Of a stretch of 64,000 bases of DNA, positions 12,505 to 25,345 are shown one piece after another; the stretch's first letter is position 1; each line of letters opens with the position of its first letter. Source of the DNA: Chrysemys picta bellii (taxonomy: Eukaryota); the NCBI RefSeq assembly GCF_011386835.1, contig NC_088807.1, positions 3,472,001 to 3,536,000 of the forward strand, written 5' to 3'. The notes beneath the pieces are model-generated. The model made no database searches. It saw only the letters and a list, made by a program, of their open reading frames with translations, and was not told where the DNA came from. The translations under genes and the position numbers were made by a program.

Positions 12505-13095
12505 AATGTAGCTGTAATTAGAACGGTCTTGGTGTAATTGTCACTCCAGTGCACCACCTGAGTGACCATACATCAGAAACCTCTGACGGCAGCACATCGC
12601 CCATCTCTAGCACTTCCCATTTGGGGGCTCAAAGTTCCTTACAAACAGGAAAGACTTTGGCCTCCTAAGATGTCCAACATAGAGGAGAATTGTCCCTATT
12701 CTGCAGAGGGCTAAGCAAAGAAAGGAGAGGCGAAGTGACTTCTTTAAAGCTGGCCTGCGAAGGGGTTGAAATTTTGGATAGACGGGACCTGGATTTCTAA
12801 TGTGTTGGGGAGGCTGTTAGCTAGGGAGACCTGCTCTCACTCCAAGGCGGGGTAGATCAAGCACATCACAGAACTCCCAGTGCCCGGCAGCAGGGTCTGC
12901 GCGAACACTCAATGCGTGGCAGGCCAGCACGGGGTAGATTTACATTGCAGCTTGCTGCGAGCTAACAGACAAGCCCCAAGTCTCTCTCTGCCTCAGTTTC
13001 CCATTGGATGATAGCACTATCCTACCTCGCAAGGGGGGGCATTGTGAGGCTAAATTGGGAAGATTGGGGGCCCACGATGAGGTCAACATAGATAT

Positions 13096-13305
13096 GGGGG
13101 GGGGGAGATAGCTCAGTGGTTTGAGCATCGGCCTGCTAAACCCAGGGTTGTGAGTTCAATCCTTGAGGGGGCCACTTAGGGATATGGGGCAAAATCAGTA
13201 CTTGGTCCTGCGAGTGAAGGCAGGGGGCTGGACTCGATGTCCTTTCAAGGTCCCTTCCAGTTCTAGGAGATGGGATATCTCCATTAATTAATTAATTTAT
13301 TTATT
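13096..13305 (+). mobile_element. Turtle polIII/Cry-type tRNA-derived SINE
   Basis: GATAGCTCAGTGGTTTGAGCATCGGCCTGCTAAACCCAGGGTTGTGAGTTCAATCC head, ggactcgatgtcctttcaaggtcccttccag tail and an AT-rich end. Confidence 0.9.
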
Positions 13306-13387
13306 ATGGATGGGGATATAAAAACAAGCCATCAGGCTACCTTTGTACCTCATATAGAAGCATGAAAAGGGCACACTTTATTTAGAT

Positions 13388-13784
13388 CAGTGGTTCTCAA
13401 CCGGGGATACACGTACCCCTGGGGGTGGGCAGCGGTCTTCTGGGGGTACATCAACTCATCTAGATATTTGCCTGGCTTTACTACAGGCTACATAAAAAGC
13501 ACTAGTGAAGTCAGTGCACACTAAAATTTCATAGACCATGACTTGTTTATTCTGCTCTATAGGCACTGAAATGTCAGTACAATATTTATATTCCAATCTG
13601 TTATAATGACCTGATTAAAAACAAGAGAGTCGGCCATTGGTCAGTAACAGTGGGGCTGTGGCACTTTTGTGTTAGGACGTCTGATTTTTGTAAGCAAGTC
13701 GTTTTTAAGTGAGGTGAAAGTTGGGGTACACGAGCCAAACCCGATTCCTGAAGGGGTCCAGTCTGGAAAGGCTGAGAACCTCTG
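13388..13784. mobile_element. hAT-Charlie-type non-autonomous element, 397 bp
   Basis: TIR CAGTGGTTCTCAAC / GCTGAGAACCTCTG (12/14); 8-bp TSD atttagat/atttagac, resembling the Charlie NTCTAGAN target. Confidence 0.85.
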
Positions 13785-15970
13785 ATTTAGACCCACCTGG
13801 ACGATCCCACGGTAAGCAGCAGGAGTAGAGCGTAGACCTGGGAGATGGTGTTTCTGTGTCGCAGTAGCACCAAGAAGCTCAACGGTGCTGGACATTGTGG
13901 ACCTGTGACTCGCAAAGGTGCTGTCCCAGCCCCGTAGTAACCCAGACAGCCATCCGTCCTCTCCTGGGTTAGGTGACGTCTCTCTCCCCAGTGGGTGGCT
14001 GGGGAAAATGATCGCTGTCCGTGACTTGTGTGCTGTGTGTGTTCAGTGTACCAGACAAAACAAGTTAGTTATTGGCTCCTCCCCTGTCCTAGATGGTGTC
14101 TGTGCTCATTTGCCTCCCAGAAACTTCTTACTTGTTTAGAACCACTCCTGAATCAAAACTGGTTTGGTGTGGTCTCTCGGGCAGCTGGTACTGGCAGCGT
14201 GGAGGAAACAGGAAGAGAGATTGTCTTCAGCTGTGCTGAGCCTTAAGTGGAGAGCTGGTTCAACCAACGAACCAACCCAGGAGGAAGGAATGATGACATG
14301 GTGACATGTCAGCAAAGCAGAACAATTGAGGTGGAGGTTCAGTGTGTCGAGGTGACCTTTAAATGTCTGCACAGCTGTTCTGATTGGTGCCAGAAGTGTG
14401 TGTGTGTGTGTGTGTGTGTGGTACTTAACAGAAATAGATATGCTCCCTCCCCCGAGAGAGTGAGCCTGTAAAAACGACACGTGAGAGGGGGTTTCCAGGA
14501 TCTGCCTCCAAATTAGGCTGACATAGGAAGGAAGTGAGAGAGTTTGAGGGGAAACTAACGAAGATGATGCTAACTGGCACCCAGGACAAGAAAGAGAAGC
14601 AGGTGGCTGTAGAGGTGAGGTCATCTGGGGAAAGGCCATCGGAAAGTGAGAGGGTTTGAAGGTGGAAAGACACACGGGCAGGAATATTGTTCTGACCAGG
14701 AATGGCATATGAGAAATCCCAAAGGTGGAAGAGGTGGTAGGGACAGGATCGAGGTGAGAGATTTCGCACTGTTCCTTCAATATGAGCTGGTACAGCGGTA
14801 CAAGTGAGCGGCCAGGAGTCCCGAAAAGCTCCATGTTGCTTTGGATGTGTAGCAGTTGTCATGTGGCTGCATCATCTTGACTGTGGGATCAGGCAAATGG
14901 AGGGACCTTAAATGCGACTGTCTCTGGTGAGGATTGGCTTCGTTGCATCCTGTCTTTGGCATCAATGCTGCCTTACCTGCCTGTGTGGGGATCAGAAACG
15001 TGTGCTGCTCTGTCTCGTAAATCTCTCTCTTTTTCTGAGCTTTGGCAGGACAGACGTAGCACAGAAGGGTTGGATTTCTCCTGGGCATTTCCCATTCATC
15101 TGTCTCGTGCACGCAGCAGGCATCTCCATCAGAGCAGAACCCTTCAGGCTGCTGAGATGTCTCATTCATGAAGCAGGAGCATGCTCGGGCCACGCTGCTC
15201 CCATCTGCCATGACATATGTGCCATCTGCACCGCATGGCTGTGGTGGCTCAGTGGGTGGGGTTCTTCTCCATTTCTTCTAGCTGGCTGACCAGGTGCTGT
15301 GGGGATGAAGTCCTGGCTGTTTGTTTCCTGTCTCCCTGTGAGCTCTGAGACATTGAACGTTTTGGGTAAGGGTGTATAGGGAAGGGAGATGAGACTGTCT
15401 CTAAGACCAGGAGCCAAGTGGGAGAATTTTAGCTGGTTTGTCCCAGATATTCTGACTTATTAGGCGGAGTGGAGTCCAATTAGATATTTCCTCCAAGCCG
15501 CGGAAGGAGCATGAGGACCAATCCCATAATTGTCTCAGACACTTGTGCAAACCAGATTTATAGATCTGTCTAGCAGGGGGACCTCTGTGTCTGGAAACTT
15601 ACTCCTCTCCCATGTCAAGGGTTGTTTTGTTTGCTCCCTTGTGCTCGGCGCTGTACAAACACAACACAGCCACTTCTTGCCCCAAAGAGCTTACAATCTA
15701 AGGAAACTTCTATGCCTTACGCTTTCAAAAGTGACTGATTTTTGGGTGCCCAAGTTGGGGGACTCCTTAAAGGAACCTGATTTAAAGGAGCGCTTAGCTC
15801 CTGCCCCCTCAAATTCCGGCCGTATCTCAAGGTGGGCACCCAAAATAACTTCTGGAAATGTGTGCCCATGGATCCGTTCTGGGGTAGTTCGGCAGCTAGA
15901 TTGTTGCAAATACAGCAGCAAAATTGGAGACTGACTAAAAATCCACCGCTCGCTCTTTTTAAACGAATGC

Positions 15971-16271
15971 GTGACTAGCTCCAGGCATTGGTAATGAGCG
16001 AGAGCCTCTTGCATCTGAGTTACCAGTTCAAATCCAGCCCATGACTGTAGTGACTAAAAGTTGTTTCCTATCTGATGACACTTGGACCTGTGTGAAGTGA
16101 GTTGGTGAGTCTCTGCCCGGTTCGTAGTGGACATGCATCCCCATCTCAAACCTCCCCCATAGCTGGTGCAAACTGGCCACCCCTTGTTGGCCACCTCAGC
16201 AGAGGCCAAGAATTGAATGGGCCTTCACGACTGAGCTGTCTTATACCTCACAAGGGGACCCCATCCCAGAG
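15971..16271 (+). mobile_element. LF-SINE relic, about 300 bp
   Basis: Collinear match to the remembered LF-SINE consensus: ggtaatgag..agagcctc..cagttcaaatccagccc..gtagtgactaaaagttg..tgtgaagtgagttggtg..cccttgttggccacctcagcagaggccaagaattgaatgggcc. Confidence 0.7.
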
Positions 16272-16454
16272 TATGGTGGGGCAATGACCTAAATCCATTC
16301 TCTACCTGATTGGGTGGCCAAGTTATAATAACTTACTGCTTAGGACTGTCAATCAAACTCCTTTCCCAAGCACTAAAAATCAGGTTAGCCTATATAAAAA
16401 AACCCAAACAAACTCCCTCCTCCCCCGTCTAGTTTGTCCATACATAACTGGGGC

Positions 16455-16615
16455 AGTGGGAGTCAGGAGATCTGGGTTGTTGTCCCAGGTCTGCCACTGA
16501 CCTCTGTAAACTTGGGCGTGTCAGTTCAGGTCTCTGGGTGCCTCAGTTTGCTGCTCTGGGGATAGTATTTAATAGCCTTTTGAGGCTTAATACTCAAGTG
16601 CTTTGTGATGTTCTG
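16455..16615 (+). mobile_element. MIR/CORE-SINE relic
   Basis: gggagtcaggagatctgggtt...ctgccactgac...gtgcctcagttt core motif. Confidence 0.55.
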
Positions 16616-16942
16616 ACGGAGGATGTGAGAGACGTGCAAATCACCATCTCTGGTCTGTTGTAGAAGAGCATCCCCGTCCGGAAAGGGAGTTGGTAAAATG
16701 GTATCGAGGTGCTATGGGGTGACACAATTCTAAATCCTGTCTGACTGTATTTAGCTTGCCACATGATCCCTGATGGGCGACTTGAGTATTCTACTATACA
16801 GTCACCTTCTATTCTATAAAGGAGCTTGATAGATTTTTGTAGCCTCCCGTGATTCTCAGGCAGTTCCACGATGGTACATCCTCCCCTTCCTCCTTGACGT
16901 TGATTTTTCATTCCCCTCTCAGGTCTTGTAGCCAACGTCACC

Positions 16943-17146
16943 ATGTTCAGCAAGAAGAAGAAACGCGTTGAGATCTCTGCTCCCTCAAACTTCGAGCACC
17001 GGGTCCACACTGGGTATGACCAACAAGAGCAGAAGTTCACCGGGCTGCCGAGGCAATGGCAGGGCATCATCGAGGAGTCGGCAAAGCGACCCAAGCCACT
17101 GGTGGATCCCGTGTACATCACGGCTATTCAGCACGGCTCGCAGAAG
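16943..17146 (+). CDS. PAK4: PAK4 coding exon 1 (204 nt; exon starts at 16923). Contains basic NLS, CRIB/PBD and the RPKP autoinhibitory pseudosubstrate.
   Basis: [24 protein letters not shown]...KRPKPLVDP...SQK; acceptor ccctctcag|gtc at 16922/16923; Kozak caccATG; donor AAG|gtaggt. Confidence 0.97.
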
Positions 17147-19479
17147 GTAGGTGGCCTGGTGTACCTTCACGCGGGCTCTGGTGTCTGCAAGAGCGAGGGG
17201 AGTTCTGGTGAATGAGGTCAGGTCGAGAGACCCTATAGTCCCTCCTTTCCCTAACAGAGCAATGGGGTCTGTCAAGGGGCCTCCGTATCTAGGGGTTCAT
17301 ACTTGTAACACAGGAATAACACCCCCACAGGACTCAGCACCTGCACTCTTAGCTTCAAGAAGTGCCACGTTGACCGCCCTGAAGGAGAAGGAAAACTTGG
17401 CCAGGGGCAATTTGTTCTCTTCCTTTACGTTTTTGAGGTGCCAGTTTGGCCAAGTAACATGGCAACTTGTTCTCCACAGCCCATTCCGTGTTTCTCCACC
17501 TCTCTCCTCAGGCTGCCAGCGAGGGGGCAGGTTTCAACAGCACCTTTATGTCCATGATGCCCTGCCTTCTTACTAAGAACAGGAGTGACCCCCGCCAAAT
17601 CGCCTCTTGCTAGTCACCGAGAGCCATCGGTGGTTCCCAACGTGGGTCGATTTTAAGCTGTTAGGGCCAAAGGCTCCGTATTCCCTTCCCTGAGCCACCT
17701 GGTTCAATGGAGAGTTTAAAGATGTGTGAGGGGAAACACAGGTATTAAACGGCATTTACCCCCCTGCATATCACTCAATTCCCCTTTCCCAGTGCTTGTC
17801 TCTTCCATCATTCCTGTCCTTCAAACTTGGACCCTGGTGTGTCCGTTTGCTTTAGTCAAGAAGACCCAGCATCTGGAGATCACGCCTGCTTCCACGCTAA
17901 CCCTAACGAATTATTTCTAAACCTATCCAGGTGAACGTGTCTAAATGAAGCATTAGTCCTTAGCAGGGAGAACTTGCCTGCTGTGACAGTGGCACGAAGG
18001 CTCTAGTATTTGCGTCGCTAATCGTCTGCTGCGTGTTTTCATGCACTGTTTCCTCCTCCCCCCCCCCCCCCGGCGTATGATTGCTCATAAAAAAGGAAAA
18101 CCATTCAACTGGGTAAGGCACGGGAAGCAAGCAATTTAAAGGCCAGCCTGAAAACCAGAAATAGCGACATCTCCGACTCAGAGGTGTGTGTGTGGGAGGG
18201 ATGGAGAAAGCTTGGTAATCTTGAATCCGTCTATTTCCAGGAGTATACGGAAGTCTTGCAATGCCTGGCCTTGCATCTCAATCCTGTGTGTGGGGAATTA
18301 GAAGTTCCCAAAGGTACACTGGAGAAGACTGATCGAGAACCTTAAATGTCACGGAAGAGAATTTCCTATGGCGTATGGAACTCAATGTGCTACCAGTTCA
18401 ATCCCTAATGATGGGCTGGGTAGTTGGGGGCGAGTGGGGATGCCGGGGGATAGGGGCCATTGTGGGCTAGTAGGTGTAGAGCGGGACTGGAAGTCGGGGA
18501 GAGAAGTCGAGTCCCAGCTCTGCTACTGACCTGCTGCGTGACCTTGAACTAGTCACTTAAAGCTCTGTGTCTCAATTACAGGGAGGAGGCTTTAAAAAAA
18601 ACAAAACGGGGGAGGTAGATCGACTCCCCTATTTAAAGCACTTTAGATACGCAGGTTAAAAAGTGCCGAGTTCCAGCAATGAGGGAGGTTGCTGGTAAAG
18701 ACAAGCCTGTCATTTAACGCTCTTCTTGGCTATGTTTAAACAGCCCTCTGCGTATATTCGTTACAGACGGCCGAACTGGCTTTTATTCTACGTATGCACC
18801 TTCCCTTCAGCAGCAAATTGCAGGGCGTGTGAGGTCCGAGTCAAAGAAAGGACGAGGGAGCCCAACAGATGTTAAGGTCCCGCCTCAAAGGAAGCCAGCT
18901 CCAGCTTGGAGGACAGAGAGTCTTGTGGTGAGAGCATTACCTGGGCTGTGAGAGACCTGAATTCAATTCCTGCTCCACCACAGCCGTCCTGTGTCATCTC
19001 TGTGCCTTGGTGTCACACCTGTAAAAGGGGGATCTTTGCAGATTCCTTCCTAGCAGGGCGTTGAGCATAAATGTTAGAGATTGAGAGGGGCTCAGATATG
19101 GGGGTCAGATGAGAACCGTAGGCCAAAGTTCACTACTTCCAAAAAGTCCTTACTCAAAAGACGGCATGCTGGACACTTTCAGGAGCTACCTTGCATTGCT
19201 TTGATATGACATGGTAGCTCGAAGTCCAGCGCCACTCAGGGACCCAGCCCTCAGTTTTTCTCTCCAGCAGTTTGTATGCTGATTGCGATCTTCCCAGGAG
19301 CAGCCCTCCCTTGGATGGTGCTTGGAAGTAGGACTGTTTTAAAACCGGAGGCGATTTCTGGGATCATTCATTAAGTTGATGGGAATAGACAGTGCTCGGC
19401 ACCTTGCAGACTAGGCCTAGATGAATGAAGGTATGTTAATGGTATTAAATGTAACGCTTCCAGGAGGTACCCAGCTTTG

Positions 19480-19860
19480 GGAGACACCTTGCTACCACCT
19501 GCCCTGAGCGTGAGAACTCATAGCATGTAGATAGGTTTATAGTGATAACAAGTAAAAGTTTATTTAAGAAAGTCTAGAGATTCAAATGATCGCAAGTAGA
19601 AGGATTGGAAACAAATGTTTACATAGAAACTAAAACCGTAACATGCATTCTAGAGCCTAGACGTACTTAACAAGGTACTCTCCTGTCTAATGAAGTATTG
19701 CTCGCTAGTGTTTTCCAGCCAGGCAGGCTGTGATCCCTGTTCCACGACACAAGCGATGCTGTCAGCTTGTCTCTTCAGGGAAGGATTCTGTGGGTCTCTT
19801 TGTAACCCCAGATACATCAAACCAGTCCTTTGATCTTCCTTCATAAACCAGGCACCGTTC
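19480..19860. mobile_element. Possible degenerate LTR fragment (tentative)
   Basis: Composition and phrases (aagtttatttaagaaag...catgcattctagagcctagac) resemble turtle LTR sequences as remembered. No paired LTR or TSD was found. Confidence 0.3.
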
Positions 19861-20419
19861 TGCTGTGTTCCTTCCTCTAGATTCTGCTGTCTCTTGTGGA
19901 TTTAGCAATTTCGATTAGCTGGTGGCTTAATATGAAAATAGACTTGCATTGTGAGAGAGACAATGACTAGCCAGAGAGAGAAGCGTCTACTATCCCCTGC
20001 CTGAACAGAACCAGAGGCATTTCACTACCTGCTGACCAGCCTTTAACATCAAGGCTCTAAGAACGTAACTTTTAGAATATTTGTGCACACACTTTGCAAT
20101 GGCTAACTGCTCTTGGTAGATACCTCGCATGCCACCCTTGGGTGAATTGCTGGCCATATGCTTGACCCAGGGGATGCCTGTAAAACTCTCTCTGCTTGTT
20201 AGCACATAAAGAGGTTCCCGGAAGGTAAAGTATCCATCTCCAGTGATACCTTTCTCTTTCGGAAGCCAATGTTGCTCTTCCAGAAGCGGGAGGTTACAGC
20301 CGCTCGTCCAACCTGTGTCCCTTTGGCCCCCACCCTGACCTGCCTGAGCGCTCCAGCATTTTGATCTTTTGGACACCAGCATCCTTCTGTGGTAAACATT
20401 TAAGTGTAGCAGCAGCAGA

Positions 20420-20670
20420 GGTTTTGAAGCTAAAGAACTAGATAAGTTCATGGAGGATAGGTGCATCAATGGTTTTTAGCCAGGATGGGCAGGGATGGTG
20501 TCCCTAGCCTCTGTTTGTCGGAAGTTGGGAATGGGCGACAGGGGATGGATCACTTGATGATTCCCTGTTCTGTTCATTCCCTCTGGGGCACCTGGCACTG
20601 GCCACTGGCGGGAGACAGGATACCGGGCTAGATGGACCTTTGGTCTGCCCCAATCTGGCCGTTCCTAAGC
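20420..20670 (+). mobile_element. CR1 LINE 3' end
   Basis: aaagaactagataagttcatggaggatagg...gatggacctttggtctg...ggccgttc; reverse-complementary to the copy at 54114-54442. Confidence 0.85.
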
Positions 20671-21416
20671 TTGCATTCCTGCAGGGCTGGCCGGCCTCCT
20701 TCCCTTGGCTCGTCCGGTTAATAATGCTGCGGTGGAGCTGCTCCAAATGCTCTGCAAGTCTTCTGCTCGAGCGGCTTTACCAACAGCCCGCAGCCTCGCA
20801 GCGCTGGCTCCGTCCTAAGGGAGCTTGTCCCAGCCTTGCTCGTAGGTCTCTGTGTCTGCGGGAGGCCGAGTAGCAATGAACCTTCTTCCATCCTATCGAT
20901 CCTCAAAGCACTTCGAGTGAGCCACAAACCCTGCACAGGCATTGCACCGCCCGCATTCAGCCCCCGAGCGGAGAACGGGTCCTGTGTTACTGTAACCCCT
21001 AGGAGCCCTCGTCACAGACCTCCTCGGTGCTGTGCAGACAGAGCCAAAAGACAGTGCCTACCCCAAGGAGCTTGCAATCTAAGGCCAGAGACAGACTGGG
21101 GAGCACGAGGAAACAATGAGACAGTCTTGGTCGGGATGACTGACTGTGGTCTCAGGGCTGGGACCGCTGGGTTGATGGATTTGCATCATCGTTGCTGCTT
21201 TCCACTAGCTTTCAGGGCCCGCCTCTCCCGCTGACCGGGTTGTTCAGCACATGGCAGGGTCAGGCCTGTGGAGACAGACTGTGATGTAATCCCTCGCCTA
21301 GGTGTCACGGGGTCAGACCGAAGGTAGGGCGGGCGACTCTCCCTGCTGGGGAGGATCCGTACGGAATCCGTGCCGGCAAACCAGAACCCGAAGGGCAAGC
21401 GGGATCTCTTTCCACA

Positions 21417-21756
21417 CATAGGCACGGACTCCATGGGTGCTACGGGGCTGGAGCAGCCACAGGGAAAAATTGGTGGGTGCTTTGCACCCACCAGCAGCTC
21501 CCCCGCCCCAACTTGCCGCCGGGTCCTGCTTCTCCCCCCTCCCTCCCAGCGCTTGTGCCACAAAACAGCTGTTTCGCGCGGCAAGCCTGGGAAGGGGGGG
21601 GCGGGAGGAATGCGGCGCGCTTGCGGGAGGAGGCGAGGCCGTGGCGGGGATTTGGGGAGGGGTGGAGTTAGGGCAGGGACTTTGGGGCAGGGGTGGAGTC
21701 AGGGCAGGGCCGGGGAGGCAAGCACCCACCGGCGCAGAAAAAAGTTGGCACCTGTG
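21417..21756. mobile_element. Non-autonomous hAT-type element, 340 bp
   Basis: Perfect 8-bp TSD tttccaca on both sides; degraded TIR CATAGGCACGGACT / AGTTGGCACCTGTG (9/14). Confidence 0.8.
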
Positions 21757-24700
21757 TTTCCACACACGCTCCGCTGGGTTCTTGCAGCACTGGCCGAGCC
21801 AGCACTGGGAACTGCGGAGCCAGGGGTGTGACCGAGGGGAGGGAGGGGATTCACCTGTTGAGGAAACAGTCTCCCTAGGGGAATCAATTGCAGAGAGGGG
21901 TGGAGGGAGAATTGGTTGGACTGGGGAATTGCTTGATCCCCTTCCACACCACACCCACCGGTACTAGTTTGGCTCTGGCGGTGCGCCGGCGCCTTCTACC
22001 TGCTCTGATCTGCTGAGCTCAGCAGCATGGGAATCCGGAGGGGGACTGGTGTTTGCCCTGCATGAGTTGCTGTGGCAACAGGGGAAGAAAAAGCAGGGAT
22101 TATGAGACACAAACAGGTTGAGCTGCGCTAGTTTTGTGGCGGAAGCGAAGATCTTTCCCTCCTCCCCTTCGTTTAATGTGACTGGGTGGAAAATGGGACT
22201 TGCCTGTCACTGAAAACCCTTCTCGGCTTTCCAGGGGGCCCCCACCTCCCCTGGGTTAGCAGTGATCCCACCCCCTCAATAGCACTGGAACATGATCTTT
22301 GTCCCCGGTTCAGCGGCCCTGACCTGGAAGGTCGTCTGTGATTCCTGCCCCGCTAGCCTGCCGCTTAAATCAAGGAAAGTGGCCCGCGGTCTCCTCAAAA
22401 GGTAGCCGGTGGCGACCCCTTCCCTGTAACTGCGTGGACAGCGTCGCTCAGTGGGAGTTTATTAAGCAACCCCAGCCGACGAGTAACGTAAGTCGGGCAA
22501 GCTCCAAGCACCAGCCGCTCTGGGTGCGAGCGTTTTATTAGGGCTACATCATAGGCCCGTATGTGTGCCAGCGGGGTGCTCCTGACGAATTCTGAATGGG
22601 GCCCTCAACCGGCACTGAAACTGGTGCCGCTCAGCGCAGGGGTTTGAAGGGGGAAAGCAACAGGCGACCCATGGACCTGAGTGTGTCAGAGTCCGTTCCC
22701 ACAAGCCCACGGGAGCGCTGGGGGGGGAGGGGGGGCAGCGGCTGTGCGGTGTTGGGCTCCACCAGCCAAGCCCATCTCCTCCTCCTCCTTCTCACGGCAG
22801 CAGACCCCACAGGGTGGGAGGAGAGGAATAGGTGTATTACAGAGCACCTTGCTACACGTGTGTAGCACAGGGGAGGAGCCCTGGGACTCTTTCTGTCCTC
22901 CGGAGCATTGTCTTTCCGCTCCAGGCGCCTTTGGAAATCCAGTTAAAACCTCACCCCCTGTGGAGCCCAGGTGTTGTTGCAAAAACATGCCCAGGCCGAC
23001 GGGGGGCTAATGCTTTTCGTGGGTGCCCAACCGGAAGTTTAGTTTACACTTAAAACATGTACTGGTCTAGCGACACCAGGCAGTTGGAAAATGAGGGCCC
23101 TTTCACAGAGATCCGAAATCCTTAATGGCTTTAAAATCGTCCCGTGAGCCACCTGATGGAGACCCTCCTTCCTGAGGTCTCAGCAAAACCCTTTGATCAG
23201 TCCGATTTTTCTCTTACCTCATTGGGTCCTCTCCACCCTGTCCCCTTTCTCCTGCACCAGGCTGTGGGTGGTTTTCGTTTTGTGGGCTGCAGGCATGAAA
23301 GCGCTGCCCTCCTTCGTCTGCTGCCAACCGAGCTAAAAATAAAGCCCCGTCCCAGACAGACGAGGAAACAGCCCTGGTTTTTTCGGGTCGCAGAGGCTGC
23401 TCCATCTTGTAAATTTTGCAGAGAAAATTGCCAGTTACCGTGCCGGAAGAGTGTTTTTCGTGGCACCCTGCTGCATTCCTGCTTTGGGTCACACGTGTCT
23501 GCCAGAGCTGTATTCCTGTGCTGACAATCTAGGCCGCAGACCTAACCATGCACTTGTCTGTCATGCCACCTTCAGCAGCTTTGTCCGCAGCTGTACGAAA
23601 GGCTGCCCTTCAGCTGGGGATGGGGCGTCCATAAACCTGATACCAGCCAGCAGGAGCCCCAATTCTATTACTGTGCCCACTAAACCAGTCTGGTTGGGGC
23701 ATCGATTTCCTCTGCCTCACCCCTGCCTTTCCAGCGGCACACATTTTCCATGTGCACCAGCAGGAAGCACTTGTGCTGGCATTATGTGCTTACCTCTCCT
23801 CTGCTGGCTTAGAGGAGTGTGCATCCTCTTGACCAAGGTTGGGGGGGGAAGTGATGTGCCCAAGGTTACGCCAGTTTCAACTTGGAAACTCGCGAGTCAG
23901 TGGCAGAAGTGGGTTAGGTCTTAGGAGTCCAGATTCCCAGTATTTTCTGCGTAACTTCTGGGTTCTTCCACCCACAGCATTGCTGGTTTATAGTCTCGCG
24001 TAGCCACATGAAAGCTGGCTGCGTTGTGTTTGCAGAGCACAGGGGCCACACGGCGTCCCGGTTTGGCTCTCATTCAGCTGGGCCTCTTCGGGTTTCCTCT
24101 GAACTTTTGGATTAGGTGTGAAGGGGCTTGGAATGCATTTGATGATTTGCACTGAGCCGTCCCTCCCAAGAGGAGGGAGAGCCTGCCCACGTGAGGAAGC
24201 TGGGTGGATTTGTCGGAGCTGAAGAGTTGGATTCGGGGTAGCTTATGGGCTTGTTGATAAATACACTTGGGTATTGTTTGCTGGCTGAGTTCAACCTGCT
24301 CCGTTCCCGCATGTGGTGAGGCTGGCTCTGAAGTAGTGGCCGATTGCTGACTATCTGTGGCATCTGTTGCCTGCCTTCGTGTACAAAACGAAGCAACCGC
24401 CTCACTCCCATCCTCAAAGAGCTTCCCCTAGGAGCCGGTGGGAAATTGCCATCCTTGGGAGTTCATAAAGTCCACCACGGAGCTGCTCCAGTGCATCTTC
24501 GCTCCTAGCCTCCCCTCTCTGTCCCTCGGCGCAGTCTCCCTGCTGGGGTACGGGAGAGCCGTCTCTGCAGCATCCGTGGATCAACTGCCGTGTACTCCTC
24601 TCTGCCTCACCTACTCCGTCGTATTTGAAACCAGTTAGCTCTGATTCCCCTCTGGTTTAAACTGGTGTCAATGGATAGTAACGCCTTGACTTCATTAGAG

Positions 24701-24766
24701 GTGCACTGGCTGCTTACCCCTGTGAGTAGAGAGTTAGGGGACTCCTGCTGACGTTTGCAGTTCGGT

Positions 24767-25345
24767 CATAGACTATAAGGCCACAGTGGGGGCTGAGATC
24801 AACTTGTCTGACCTCCCAAGCCAGAGACCTGCCCCAAATAATTCATGTCTGAACTGGAGCAGATCTCTTAGAAAACCAGCCATGATGGGGAGTCCACCGC
24901 AAGCCTTGGTAAGTTGTTCCAGTGGTTAATTACTCTCTCTGTTTAAAAAAAAAAAAAAAAGTGCACCTTATTTCTGGTCTGAATTTGTCCCGTTTCAACT
25001 CCTAGCCACTGGATCTTATTTAGACCTTTGTCTGCAAGACTGAAGACCCCATTATCCAGTTTTTGTCTCCCATGTGTAGGTGCGTATAGACTGTGATCAC
25101 GTCATTCTTTATCCTTCTCTTTGTGAAACTAACTAGATTGAGATCCGAGAGTCTCACTACAAGGCCGGTTTTCCAGTCCTTGAAATCATTCTCGTGGTTC
25201 TTTGGCCCTCTTCAGTTTATGAATGTCCTTCTTGAATTGCGGATACCAGAGCACACATTCCAGCAGCAGTCGCACCAGCGCCAGATACAGAACTCCTATA
25301 ACTTCCCTGCTCCTACTTGAGATTCCTCTCTTTCTACATCCCTTT
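24767..25345 (-). mobile_element. CR1 LINE 3' fragment including the ORF2 C-terminal part
   Basis: Minus-strand translation SRSREVIGVLYLALVRLLLECVLWYPQFKKDIHKLKR resembles CR1 SRSREVIxPLYSALVRPHLEYCVQFWxPxFKKD. Terminal motif tcatagact at 24767. Confidence 0.85.

Noticed and set aside
14136-14862. 232-aa and 145-aa minus-strand ORFs
   Set aside because: No recognisable domain or splice context. They may be an old LINE relic, but I could not support that.
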